A stretch of 64,000 nt of DNA, from NCBI GenBank assembly GCA_965116925.1, contig OZ220744.1, forward strand, positions 5,312,001-5,376,000, given 5' to 3'. The DNA is from Candidatus Poribacteria bacterium. GTDB lineage: Bacteria > Poribacteria > WGA-4E > PCPOR2b. The notes under the pieces were generated by a model that saw only the letters and a list, made by a program, of their open reading frames with translations, made no database searches and had not been told where the DNA came from. Shown here in pieces: positions 28,788-38,740 of this stretch (position 1 is its first letter; each line of letters starts with the position of its first letter). The position numbers and the translations under genes were made by a program.

Positions 28788-29987
28788 ATGTCCATAATAC
28801 TTACAATTAACGCCGGCAGCTCTTCTGTCAAGTACCAATGCTTTGATATGACGGACGAAGTATGTCTGGCAAAGGGGCAAGTTGACCGACTGGGTTCTCC
28901 ATCTCCGAACCTGTTCTATGAGCGGCATGATGGCACCACACATCAGACTAACGTTCCGCCAATGGACTACGAAGCGGTTTTTCCTTTAATCTTTGAAATA
29001 CTTCTCGACGCAGAAAAGGGTATCCTTCAAAATCTCAGCGGCATCGTCGCTGTCGGACATCGTGTGGTCCACGGCGGGAACCGCTTCGCCGAATCTGTAT
29101 TAATTACCTCCGAAGTTGAAACAGCGATTAATCAATGCGTTCCGCTTGCACCCCTGCACAACCCGTATAACTTAGGCGGCATCCGCGCCTGTCGTCAAGC
29201 GTTGCCAAATGCTGCCCACGTCGCCGTATTCGACACAGCGTTCCATCAAACGATGCCAGATTACGCCTATATGTACGCGCTCCCCTACTCGCATTATGAG
29301 CAGCACGGTATTCGACGGTACGGCTTTCACGGTACATCGCACCAATATGTTTCGACGCGAGCGGCAGAAATCCTCGGATGCCCACTGACATCGCTTAAAC
29401 TGATTACCTGTCATCTCGGAAATGGGTGTAGTATCACGGCGATTGATCAAGGAAAATCGGTTGATACCAGTATGGGACTCACCCCGCTTGAAGGCTTAAT
29501 GATGGGAACGCGTTGTGGCGACATTGACCCTGCCATTATTTTTCACCTGATAGAGGAGGTACAGCTGTCCCCGGACACAATCAGTCAGATGCTCAATCGT
29601 GAAAGCGGTTTACTCGGTGTTTCAGGAGTAGCGTCAGATGTGCGAGACCTGTTCAAAGCTGTCTCGGAGGGTAATTCACAAGCGGCACTTGCACTACAAA
29701 TGTTCTCCTATCGTGTGAGACAATATATCGGAAAATATGCGGCGGTTCTCGGCGGTTTGGATGCACTAATTTTTACCGCAGGAATCGGCGAGAACGCCTC
29801 GGCTCTCCGCGCTAAAATCTGCGAGAACCTCGGATTTCTGGGGGTTCACCTTGACAAAGAAAAAAACCGATCGAGTGAGGTGGAAAAGACTGTCCATCGG
29901 GAAGATGCTCCTGTCAAACTCCTTGTCATACCAACCAACGAGGAACTGATGATCGCCCGCGACACCTTGCGTCTAATTGAAGGATGA
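28788..29987 (+). CDS. ackA: Acetate kinase
   Basis: INAGSSSVKY; GHRVVHGG; LAPLHNP; FDTAFHQT; YGFHGTSH; IPTNEE. Confidence 0.96.
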   Translation: MSIILTINAGSSSVKYQCFDMTDEVCLAKGQVDRLGSPSPNLFYERHDGTTHQTNVPPMDYEAVFPLIFEILLDAEKGILQNLSGIVAVGHRVVHGGNRFAESVLITSEVETAINQCVPLAPLHNPYNLGGIRACRQALPNAAHVAVFDTAFHQTMPDYAYMYALPYSHYEQHGIRRYGFHGTSHQYVSTRAAEILGCPLTSLKLITCHLGNGCSITAIDQGKSVDTSMGLTPLEGLMMGTRCGDIDPAIIFHLIEEVQLSPDTISQMLNRESGLLGVSGVASDVRDLFKAVSEGNSQAALALQMFSYRVRQYIGKYAAVLGGLDALIFTAGIGENASALRAKICENLGFLGVHLDKEKNRSSEVEKTVHREDAPVKLLVIPTNEELMIARDTLRLIEG

Positions 29988-30060
29988 ACCTCAGCAGAAA
30001 AGGAAATTTTTGATAAAACAACTGGGTAGTAAAATACCCAAATAATAAAAGGAGATTTCT

Positions 30061-30921
30061 ATGAAAATTGGTTTACGGATACCGGGGACAGCGCGCGAGC
30101 TGCCCTTTGACGAGTTCTGTCGTTGGTGCACAGATAACGGCTTTGAGGCTGTCGATATAAGCAGCGTCACACCCGAAATTGTGGGGACAGCAAGAGACGC
30201 TGGATTGGCAATTGGTACCGCAGACATGCCGGGCACCGGCGACCTGTTGAGTGTTGATAAATCTCAGCAAGCAGCGGGGGCAGAAGCTGCAAAAGCCGCC
30301 ATCCAAGCCGCTGCCGATAACGATGTTAATCTCATGTTCTGCGTTTTCTCGCCAGCAGACCCAACCATCGGACGGGCGAAAGCCTTCGATTTATGGAAGG
30401 AGACTGTCCCACCGATTGCAGAGTTTGCCGCGGATAACGGGGTTACGATTTCCGTCGAAGGTTACCCTGGTCCCTCACCCCACTGTCCCGCGCTCGGTTG
30501 CACCCCCGAAACGCTGCGGGCGATGTTTGCGGAGTGTCCCAGAGGACTCGGCGTGAACTATGATCCGTCGCATTTGGTCCGCATCGGAATTGATTACATA
30601 CGGATGCTTAATGAATTCGCCGCCCATGTTGTGCACGTCCACGGCAAGGATACCGATTTCGATCAAGAAGCGCTCTACCTCCACGGCAATCTGGGACCGA
30701 GTTTCCATTCCTCACGCGGTTTCGGTGAGGATTGGTGGCGATATACCATACCCGGCGATGGTGTCGTCAATTGGCTCAAGGTTATTCAACGGCTTGAGGA
30801 TGAAGGATTCAATGGGATTGTTAGCGTCGAACTCGAAGACTATCGCTACTGGAAAACTTGGGAGGCAGAAGCCGATGGACTCAAGCGTTCACGAGACTAC
30901 CTCGCCCAATATGTACGATAG
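30061..30921 (+). CDS. Sugar phosphate isomerase/epimerase (xylose isomerase-like TIM barrel)
   Basis: NYDPSHL; HVHGKD; IPGDG.VNW; SVELED. Confidence 0.85.
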   Translation: MKIGLRIPGTARELPFDEFCRWCTDNGFEAVDISSVTPEIVGTARDAGLAIGTADMPGTGDLLSVDKSQQAAGAEAAKAAIQAAADNDVNLMFCVFSPADPTIGRAKAFDLWKETVPPIAEFAADNGVTISVEGYPGPSPHCPALGCTPETLRAMFAECPRGLGVNYDPSHLVRIGIDYIRMLNEFAAHVVHVHGKDTDFDQEALYLHGNLGPSFHSSRGFGEDWWRYTIPGDGVVNWLKVIQRLEDEGFNGIVSVELEDYRYWKTWEAEADGLKRSRDYLAQYVR

Positions 30922-30987
30922 AGACGCAGTCCTCCAAAGTCCCAGCTGCTTTGAATCCCGATCTTATCGGGGCGGGACGGTAAGCAC

Positions 30988-31125
30988 GTAGGTTGGGTTG
31001 AACGAGCATCGTGAAACCCAACAATACATAGCTCAGTTGCTTTACACTTCTGGATTTCGTAGGGACGAGGTTACTTCGCTCCGATAAGTGTATAGAAATT
31101 CTGCGCCCTCTGCGTCTCTGCGGTT
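30988..31125 (+). repeat. Cluster of GTAG REP-like hairpins plus a CTCTGCG short repeat
   Basis: GTAGGTTGGGTTGAACG...AAACCCAAC (30988), GTAGGGACGAGGTTACTTCGCTCC (31059), CTGCGCCCTCTGCGTCTCTGCGG. Confidence 0.55.
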
Positions 31126-31178
31126 GTTTTAGACTGGGACTGACCGTCGGCAACAGCACCGAAGAAAGGAAAGATACA

Positions 31179-32297
31179 ATGATTATCGACTCCCACGCAT
31201 ACTGCTTTGAACCTGCGGATAGCCCGCGTGGATACACCAGCGGCGAAGAACACCTCAAATGGGTTCAGGCATCCCATGCGGTGCACCATCAGCCAGCGTT
31301 TCGGATTCGAGACCGCGCACCCGGTCCCTCAGATGTCCTTGCCCCCGAAGGTCGGCGCGATTTATCGAACCTTCCCGATGTACGATTTCGGATTAACCAC
31401 CCCCGCGGTAGAGTGGTCTGGAACTACGAAGGTGAGGAGTACACCAAGCATTTCTACCCACCCAATCTCCGAAGCTGTGAATTCACGCCTTTTAGCTTGA
31501 ACGCCGAGATGGATTATGCGGATGTGGACATGGCACTGCTCCATACGAACCCGATGCTGGGCAGGGATAGCACCTATCAGGCGGAATGTGTGCAACGCTT
31601 TCCAGACCGTCTCCGCTCAATGACGCATGTAGATGAATGGCGTATCCGCGATGAGATGGATGCCGTCATTGACGAAGTTACCACCGCTATCACCGTGCAC
31701 GGATTGCACGCTATTAAGTTCAATCCGTTGACCTACATAGTAAGTCCCGACCCGTGGGATGATGGCGTTTACCGACCATTCTGGGAAGCGGTTACCTCTC
31801 TCAATGTCCCGATATTCTTCACGCTGGGCAGCGGACCAGAGGCGGAGCAATATACGCTCTCTGACGTCGAACAGCAAACGGGCTATCTGAATGAACTTCG
31901 CATCCTGATGCGATGGATGGAACGTTACCCAGAGACCACCTGCAGCATTACCCACGGCTTCCCTTGGCGTGCATTTCTGGATGGGGAGGGTATCACGCTG
32001 CCAGAAGCCATCTGGGAGCCATTTAAAAATCCGAATCTCAACTTGGAAGTATGCTTTCCCGTCCGAATTGGTGACATCTTCGACTATCCCTATAGAGAGG
32101 TCTGGCACACCCTCGAAGCGATGGTTGAACACATCGGCGCGGATCATCTACTTTGGGGAACAGATATGCCGTTCCAAAACCGTTTCTGCACATACCGCCA
32201 GTCTCGCCACTGGATTGAGAGATACTGTAGTTTCCTAACCCCTGATGATTTGGCAATGATCATGGGCGGCACCGTCGCACGTATTCTTGGACTCTAA
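31179..32297 (+). CDS. Amidohydrolase 2-family protein
   Basis: MIIDSH; GADHLLWGTDMP; IMGGTVARIL. Confidence 0.82.
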   Translation: MIIDSHAYCFEPADSPRGYTSGEEHLKWVQASHAVHHQPAFRIRDRAPGPSDVLAPEGRRDLSNLPDVRFRINHPRGRVVWNYEGEEYTKHFYPPNLRSCEFTPFSLNAEMDYADVDMALLHTNPMLGRDSTYQAECVQRFPDRLRSMTHVDEWRIRDEMDAVIDEVTTAITVHGLHAIKFNPLTYIVSPDPWDDGVYRPFWEAVTSLNVPIFFTLGSGPEAEQYTLSDVEQQTGYLNELRILMRWMERYPETTCSITHGFPWRAFLDGEGITLPEAIWEPFKNPNLNLEVCFPVRIGDIFDYPYREVWHTLEAMVEHIGADHLLWGTDMPFQNRFCTYRQSRHWIERYCSFLTPDDLAMIMGGTVARILGL

Positions 32298-32339
32298 CGG
32301 TTGAGATGGAGCTGCTATCACGAAGTTCGTGAACCCCCA

Positions 32340-32536
32340 TACCGCCACGGCATTCATATCTGACCTTGGGAAACTGGTACGTTCAGATCCTAAACCTATA
32401 CAACAGATCAAACGTTCATGAACGTGTATTCAGTGAAGTTCGCGACGAGGCAACGGGAGAACTCATGGGATGTGAAGTGAGTGACAAACCGCTTTTTCCG
32501 ATTCTGCCGACATTAGGCGTGAGTGCAACATTTTAG
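32340..32536 (+). pseudogene. C-terminal remnant of a TonB-dependent receptor-like outer-membrane protein gene
   Basis: Manual translation WYVQILNLYNRSNV...PLFPILPTLGVSATF* with terminal Phe; no start codon and an in-frame TGA just upstream. Confidence 0.6.
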
Positions 32537-32603
32537 GTAGGAAGTGATAACCATGCCCTAGTCGGATTGGTAATCGAGAAGGCTGTTAAAAAACGTATAA
32601 TGC

Positions 32604-32633
32604 TTGACATCTTTTTATTATTTTGATTATAAT
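32604..32633 (+). promoter_or_regulatory. Consensus sigma70 promoter of the rhodanese gene
   Basis: TTGACA-18nt-TATAAT. Confidence 0.7.
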
Positions 32634-32698
32634 TTTCTAAGAAGCAGTACGCACCATTTTGAATTTATACTATATGATAATACGCAAGGAGAGAGCCG

Positions 32699-33142
32699 AT
32701 GCTGAACAGTATCCAAAAAGCACTACAAGCACTCTTCAATAGGAACGCAACTCCCTCGGTTAAAGGTAGTGTGCCCCGAGCCGCACCCAGTGCCGAAGAA
32801 GCAATCCTCCCTTTTAATCCTGCTGAACATGCAATTCAACCGCAGAGGCTCAAGCGGTTGATAGATAACGGTCACGATATTGTTTTATTAGATGTGCGTG
32901 AAGCGTGGGAATATGAAATTGTTCATATTAAAGATGCAAAGCAGATTCCCCTCGGAGAGCTACCGCAACAAGCGTCTTTGCTGAATCCTTACGCCGAAAT
33001 CGTTGTATACTGCCATAAAGGAATGCGCAGTTTAGATGCCGCACATCTGCTACAACAACTTGGATTCAAGCGAGTCAAGAGTTTGGTCGGTGGTATCGAT
33101 CGATGGGCAAGGGAAATTGATACCGAACTGCAACGATATTAA
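32699..33142 (+). CDS. Rhodanese-like sulfurtransferase domain protein
   Basis: LLDVREAWEYEIVHI; VVYCHKGMRS; LVGGIDRW. Confidence 0.9.
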   Translation: MLNSIQKALQALFNRNATPSVKGSVPRAAPSAEEAILPFNPAEHAIQPQRLKRLIDNGHDIVLLDVREAWEYEIVHIKDAKQIPLGELPQQASLLNPYAEIVVYCHKGMRSLDAAHLLQQLGFKRVKSLVGGIDRWAREIDTELQRY

Positions 33143-33241
33143 TCTCTCCGGATCTGCCTAATCAGAATAGAGATCGCCGTACCCAAATCAATCCATTCCT
33201 TGCGGGCGATATTCATTATTCGATCCCGTGATTTTCACGTT

Positions 33242-34081
33242 TTACGTGTTGATAGATTCTATCTTTTCACGCAAGAAAGCGACGCATCCCTCCACCTCCG
33301 CTTCGCTGAGTCCGTGAAGAATTATCGGCACATCGGGATCAACATCGTTAAGCAATGACAGGTATTGATCGTAATCTAAAAGCCCTTTTCCTGCGGCAAG
33401 ATGGCCCGCTTCGCCATCGCGGTCAAGGTCTTTCGCGTGTGCAAAAGCGATGTGTTCACCGAGCAACGCGAAGGCTTCATCAAGAATTTCACGCATACGC
33501 GGCAATTCCCCGGTATGAAAGATATTAGCACCATCCATAACTACTTTCAGATAGGGGGAACCGATCTGGTCAATGATGCGACGGGCTTTTATTGCAGAAT
33601 CAACCACATTGGCGACTTCCGGTTCAAAGGCAAGGGTGACTTGGTATTCCTCAGCGACTTCTATGGCTTGACGCATCGAAACTACTAGATCATCCCACGC
33701 CTCCGGCGTGTCATTGTCAGGGTGTCGTCGCCACATATTATCAGGGTCTCGTGTTCCTGTGCATAGCGTAATCGCTGACGTGCCTAGCTTGTCACAAGCC
33801 GATGCCAACACACGCAGATTACGTAATCCATCGGCGCGTCGCTGTAAATCGGGGTGAATCATGTTATAGGTGCCGCCAAGTGCGGTCATTGTTATGTTGC
33901 GCGCCCTCATTTCTTCACGGATTCTATCACACAACTCCGAATCAATATGCGTTGGTATTTTAGTCACACCGGCACTCGAAAGACCGAATTGCATACAACT
34001 AATACCATGGTTTGCAACGGCATTCAACTCTTCCTCCAACGTCGCACGGGCAAAGGTTCCAGACATAATTCCAATCTGCAT
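33242..34081 (-). CDS. Sugar phosphate isomerase/epimerase (TIM barrel)
   Basis: LAFEPE; VVMDGAN; AHAKD; AGKGLLDY. Confidence 0.85.
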   Translation of the reverse strand: MQIGIMSGTFARATLEEELNAVANHGISCMQFGLSSAGVTKIPTHIDSELCDRIREEMRARNITMTALGGTYNMIHPDLQRRADGLRNLRVLASACDKLGTSAITLCTGTRDPDNMWRRHPDNDTPEAWDDLVVSMRQAIEVAEEYQVTLAFEPEVANVVDSAIKARRIIDQIGSPYLKVVMDGANIFHTGELPRMREILDEAFALLGEHIAFAHAKDLDRDGEAGHLAAGKGLLDYDQYLSLLNDVDPDVPIILHGLSEAEVEGCVAFLREKIESINT

Positions 34082-34273
34082 TCGTATCCCCTCCTCAACT
34101 CAGACCAATTCTCGATTTATACACGACAAATCTGCAAGTGAGCCACCACTATACCACCCCTTATACACTGGATCAAGTGAAAATTGATTCAATACCATGA
34201 CAGGGACAAACCGAACACATCACATAACAGACATCACTGATCTTATTTTCTGATTCTCCAACGTATCTTAATT

Positions 34274-35980
34274 ATGCACACATTATCAATCTTACTCAAG
34301 TCCGGTTGGCAGGGCTGGTTAAATAGTATTCAATACACCTCAGAGGAAAGACGGAAAAAGATCGCAGAGATTATCGGTTTTCTGGTGCTGATGACCGCAT
34401 TGTATCTGATAGGGCGCGCTCTCTTCAAAGTGGTGGGACAGCAGGCTGCTTTGAGTCCCGATGCAATTGGAGGCGACCTCCATGAACAAACCGTATTACA
34501 CGCGATCAACATTTGCGTGGGACTTGGCGTGTTTATTCTGGTAAAAGATGCAATAGAGAACACGGTCAAACAGTTTTACGAAGCTGGGGATACATCACTG
34601 CTTCTGTCGTCGCTATCTCCATCAACTGTTTTCGGATTTAAGTTAATCCAACTTATTGCATCAAATTTATCCAGCATGGCGATGTGGCTGCTCCCGCCGT
34701 GGATCGCATTTGGACAATTTTTCGGTCTACCGTGGCATTTCTACCTAGGACTCATCCCAGTCTGCTTCTGCTTACTTGTTATAATCGTAACAGATGTTGC
34801 GATTGTAATGATGTTCATTACGCGCTTTTTTTCTTCACAGCGAATGATACAGCTCTTAAAAATCGTTGGCGCGACCATTGGTGTGATTGCTGGATTTTTT
34901 CTCTCCGTCAGTTTCCTTGCATTCGAGTGGTCAGACGAGATTGCCAAATTTCTCCTAGACCGATCGAAACTTCCCACATCTGATTGGTATCCACATCTTT
35001 GGGCAGCGAAATTGATGATGAGCTGGCTTCCCGAATCGGGAAGCCAACCGTTACGATGGGGAATTCAACTGGTTATTGCGAGTGTAGCGATGCCGTTTTT
35101 AAGCGTACTATTGGCTTCCAAAATCTACCACCGGAGTTGGGAATATGCTAAGCATGTAGAGGTGAATCCAAGTCAGATTCGCAAAAAGCGGACAAGCATT
35201 GCTCTTCTTGGTCGGGGGAAAATCCGCTCAATGATGGCAAAGGATTTCCACGTTTTCCTCCGACACAAGGGACGGGTGACAATGATTATAATGCTAGCCC
35301 TCATCCAGTTGGTACTGATATTTACCATAACCTACCAAATACGGACCGATGGTAAAAGCGACTATGGGATTCATTTGCCGCTCCTAGGAGGGATAGCCGT
35401 TCAAATCATGATTTACAGCGTGATAGCGACAGCCGGACTCTCATGGGGAGGTTGTAAAGCGGAGGCAAAAACGTGGTGGTTGTTGAAATCAAGTTCGATT
35501 TCGCCTGTGTTGCTGTTTAACAGCAAATTTTTTATTGGGACACTCTGTGCAGTTGCTTACACAAAAGTATGGTTTTTTGTAGGATTAATTTTGTTGCGGA
35601 TACCCGTCCAGCTATGGATACCGATCCTATTGACAACCACAGTGATTACGGCAACAGCGACAGCGTTCAACACGGCAATGGGAACACTGCCTTGGGTTGC
35701 AGAAATTGGAGAAATACGGGGTTCCAGCAAGCGACCAACTCTCCGGCTTGCGACGCTTCTAGTTACAATCATTGCTAACCTAATACTGCTCAGTGTGCCC
35801 ATCATAATCTTGGAAATTGTTGTACTCGGCGAACTGGAACTCTTTGGTGGAAGACAGAGCGGCTCACTGTCCACCTTACAACAACTCACGATTGTAGTTA
35901 CACTGAGCATCCTTATCGGTGTGTGGGTAGTATCATATTTTCTCGGTAAGCGATTATTACGGAAACTGCTCTATAGATAG
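34274..35980 (+). CDS. Polytopic membrane protein, putative ABC exporter permease
   Basis: Many hydrophobic segments; D..LLLS....TVFGFK; KDFHVFLR; E....WLLKSS. Confidence 0.65.
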   Translation: MHTLSILLKSGWQGWLNSIQYTSEERRKKIAEIIGFLVLMTALYLIGRALFKVVGQQAALSPDAIGGDLHEQTVLHAINICVGLGVFILVKDAIENTVKQFYEAGDTSLLLSSLSPSTVFGFKLIQLIASNLSSMAMWLLPPWIAFGQFFGLPWHFYLGLIPVCFCLLVIIVTDVAIVMMFITRFFSSQRMIQLLKIVGATIGVIAGFFLSVSFLAFEWSDEIAKFLLDRSKLPTSDWYPHLWAAKLMMSWLPESGSQPLRWGIQLVIASVAMPFLSVLLASKIYHRSWEYAKHVEVNPSQIRKKRTSIALLGRGKIRSMMAKDFHVFLRHKGRVTMIIMLALIQLVLIFTITYQIRTDGKSDYGIHLPLLGGIAVQIMIYSVIATAGLSWGGCKAEAKTWWLLKSSSISPVLLFNSKFFIGTLCAVAYTKVWFFVGLILLRIPVQLWIPILLTTTVITATATAFNTAMGTLPWVAEIGEIRGSSKRPTLRLATLLVTIIANLILLSVPIIILEIVVLGELELFGGRQSGSLSTLQQLTIVVTLSILIGVWVVSYFLGKRLLRKLLYR

Positions 35981-36167
35981 CAGCCGAAGGCGGAATTGAA
36001 TTACACAAGTTATTGCATACTTGTATATCTCTCAAATTCTTGTTGAAATAGAACATGCAATATGCTAGAGTTTAGTCCACTCGATATCCATGCCCGTAAA
36101 CAGACGAAACTACGGGTAAGATGGCGGAAAATGAAAAAGATTGCACAAATCAAATTGGAGGAAATTG

Positions 36168-37223
36168 ATGGCAGCAAATGATAAAGTACGAGTCGCAGTT
36201 GTTGGTATGGGGATTGGCAAACCCAACGGGCGTGCCTTGTCAGCAAATCCGCGTGGACAGGTCATTGCGCTTTGTGATCTGTTAGAAGATCGCATGCGGG
36301 AATTTGCGAAGGATTTACCGGAAGAGGTCAAATTTTACACCGATTACAAACAGATGTGCAAAGATCCGGAAATCGATGCCGTCTTTGTCGGAACACCGAA
36401 TCAATGGCATGTTCCCGTTGCGTTGGAGGCTGTGCGAAATGGGAAGCATGTTATGGTGACCAAGCCACTCGCCGACTCAGAAACAGCAGCGAAGGAACTA
36501 GTCGCTGAAGCGGAAGCAGCAGGTGTCGTGAACATGATGTCACTTTCCACCCGCTTCGGGCGCGACTGCCAATATCTCGGAAACCTTCAACGACAGGGAT
36601 ATTTTGGGGAACTCTACTACGCAAGATCTCGCAGCGTCCGACGAAATGGGATTCCAACTTGGAGCCTCGGATTCATTCAGGAGGGCGGGGGTGCCTTTCG
36701 GGATATGGGGGTGCATGCCCTCGACGCTGTGTGGTGGGTGCTGGGTATGCCCAAACCCGTTGGCGTGTTAGGGACTGCCGGCGCAAAGTTTGGCCCTTAT
36801 GGACTGGGCTATTCTGGCAGTACGCCTCCACCTAAATCGTTCTATGAACAGTACGCATCGGACGACTATGGCGGTGGTTTTATCCGTTTTGAAGATGGCA
36901 CCGGTTTACAGATTGAAAGTTTCTGGGCATCGCACCAGCCGGGTGAGTTTCAGATGGAGTTGTTTGGTACAGAGGCAGGGGCTATACTCAATCCACTCAC
37001 ACTCTATCGCATGGAAGACGGTGCCACCCAAGACATCAACATTGACCCACCCCCAGGACTTGAGTCGTGGGATAACATCGCTGCACATTTTATTGACAGC
37101 ATCTTGGATGGCAAGCCGTGTGCAGCCCCACTCCGCCACGGACTTATCGTGCAACAGATGATGGAAGCCCTACTCCTGAGTGCAGAGACCGGGAAGGAAG
37201 TGCGACTTGAGATTGGCGAATAA
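36168..37223 (+). CDS. Gfo/Idh/MocA-family oxidoreductase
   Basis: VAVVGMGIG; IDAVFVGTPNQWH; GKHVMVTKP; GGGAFRDMGVH. Confidence 0.92.
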   Translation: MAANDKVRVAVVGMGIGKPNGRALSANPRGQVIALCDLLEDRMREFAKDLPEEVKFYTDYKQMCKDPEIDAVFVGTPNQWHVPVALEAVRNGKHVMVTKPLADSETAAKELVAEAEAAGVVNMMSLSTRFGRDCQYLGNLQRQGYFGELYYARSRSVRRNGIPTWSLGFIQEGGGAFRDMGVHALDAVWWVLGMPKPVGVLGTAGAKFGPYGLGYSGSTPPPKSFYEQYASDDYGGGFIRFEDGTGLQIESFWASHQPGEFQMELFGTEAGAILNPLTLYRMEDGATQDINIDPPPGLESWDNIAAHFIDSILDGKPCAAPLRHGLIVQQMMEALLLSAETGKEVRLEIGE

Positions 37224-37252
37224 TTTCCTCGCCTCCAACTCCAAATCCCCAT

Positions 37253-37282
37253 TTGCAAATTTCTATGGGATTGTGGTATAAT
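37253..37282 (+). promoter_or_regulatory. Sigma70-type promoter of the ferredoxin fusion gene
   Basis: TTGCAA-18nt-TATAAT with extended TG. Confidence 0.55.
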
Positions 37283-37350
37283 TGGAGTAATCAAATCTTC
37301 CAAAACCGTAGATAACTAAAAAGATTCAATGTGCCCGAGGAGAGATAGAA

Positions 37351-38586
37351 ATGGCTTATGTGATTGCCGAACCCTGCGTTGATGTCATGGATACGGCGTG
37401 TGTTGATGTGTGTCCGGTCGATTGTATCCATACGAAAGAAGGGGAAAAGCAGCTCTATATTAACCCCGCTGAATGTATTGATTGCGCCGCCTGCGAACCC
37501 GCTTGTCCGGTCACCGCAATTTTCATCCTTGACGATGTACCAGAGCAGTGGACCTCTTATGTTGAATTAAATGAAAAATTCTTTGAGGATTTTGTTAAAC
37601 CGACAAAAGCGGGGGCAGCAGAAGGAGAAGATGGCGCAGCCGCAGCGGATGAAGATAAGATTGGAATCGAAGAATTTGTACAAACCATTGAGTCTCCCAA
37701 GTCTTCGATTCGTCCCATATTCCGCCCGTTTGTTATGCTCTCCCAGCTTGTGCTAGGTGCCTTCGACGCAAAATTTAAGCGTGAACTTGAAGAGATGGCT
37801 CAGAACCCGATCATCTTCAGTGCACCAGTCTCAACAGGGATTAACAGCCTCATCAACCTAACACTTTATCCACTTGTGCTTTTCCTCCTTTTCTCCGGTG
37901 GAAATATAGGATCTGCCCTGTTCACCGGCAAAGGGAACTTTGCGATTTTCCTCGGCGTTATCTTGGCGGTACTTGAGGGTCTCTATCGATTTAGAGATGA
38001 TCTCGCTACAACGGATAGCGAAGAACCTTCTCGATATGGGGCTTCCATATACGGTTGGATCCCATCGTTGGTCGCTCGCCTATTGTTGCCAGCGTTGCGC
38101 CCGGTGCTTGTAGCCGAACCTACTTCCCCACGTTCAACCATGCCGGGTGCTGTCCTCACCGATGGACCTATTTATCAAGAAGATGTCCGTGAACGCTATC
38201 GCCGTTACGGGATGCTCAACCGGATGGAAGAGCAAGTAGACCGCTATATTATCGAAATTGAGTTCCCGCGCTGGGTGCCGGATTCTACATATAAGCGGAA
38301 GTACAATCTTCCAGATCGGATGCCGGATTACACATATCAGGTGGATCTTGGAGCGGGCACAGTTGAGGTAGAAACCAAGTTAGAGGATCCCCGGTTTACC
38401 GAAGTCGCAGGACGTATCAGCTCGTTCCCCCTCGGATTCAATAATGTGTTTCGCATTGAAGCGCAACCCGAAAACTTTCAGGCAATGCTGCGGGATAAGG
38501 TGCTGCAGATCATCGTTCCAAAATCAGGTAGGGTCGAAGATCTCGTGATTGACCGTCCGATCCACTATGCGAAGATTAAGGGATAG
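37351..38586 (+). CDS. 7Fe-type ferredoxin fused to a membrane domain and a putative Hsp20-like C-terminal domain
   Basis: MAYVIAEPC..V.D.ACVDVCPVDCI...CIDCAACEPACPV; 2-3 hydrophobic helices; tail ...FQAMLRDKVLQIIVPK. Confidence 0.78.
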   Translation: MAYVIAEPCVDVMDTACVDVCPVDCIHTKEGEKQLYINPAECIDCAACEPACPVTAIFILDDVPEQWTSYVELNEKFFEDFVKPTKAGAAEGEDGAAAADEDKIGIEEFVQTIESPKSSIRPIFRPFVMLSQLVLGAFDAKFKRELEEMAQNPIIFSAPVSTGINSLINLTLYPLVLFLLFSGGNIGSALFTGKGNFAIFLGVILAVLEGLYRFRDDLATTDSEEPSRYGASIYGWIPSLVARLLLPALRPVLVAEPTSPRSTMPGAVLTDGPIYQEDVRERYRRYGMLNRMEEQVDRYIIEIEFPRWVPDSTYKRKYNLPDRMPDYTYQVDLGAGTVEVETKLEDPRFTEVAGRISSFPLGFNNVFRIEAQPENFQAMLRDKVLQIIVPKSGRVEDLVIDRPIHYAKIKG

Positions 38587-38605
38587 TTACTATAATTCTG
38601 AACTT

Positions 38606-38646
38606 AAAAAGCGGAATCTGGAGTATCCTCCGGGTTCCGCTTTTTT
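38606..38646 (+). terminator. Intrinsic terminator
   Basis: AAAAAGCGGAATCTGGAG-loop-CTCCGGGTTCCGCTTTTTT. Confidence 0.8.
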
Positions 38647-38675
38647 ATTTTCGATCATGTAAAGAAATTGTACAA

Positions 38676-38709
38676 AGAAACCGAGTTTTTTCGGGAAAAC
38701 TCGGTTTCT
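38676..38709. repeat. REP-like palindrome
   Basis: AGAAACCGAGTTTT-ttcggg-AAAACTCGGTTTCT. Confidence 0.55.
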
Positions 38710-38740
38710 CTAAGCTGCTCTACACTTTCCAAAGTGCAAC

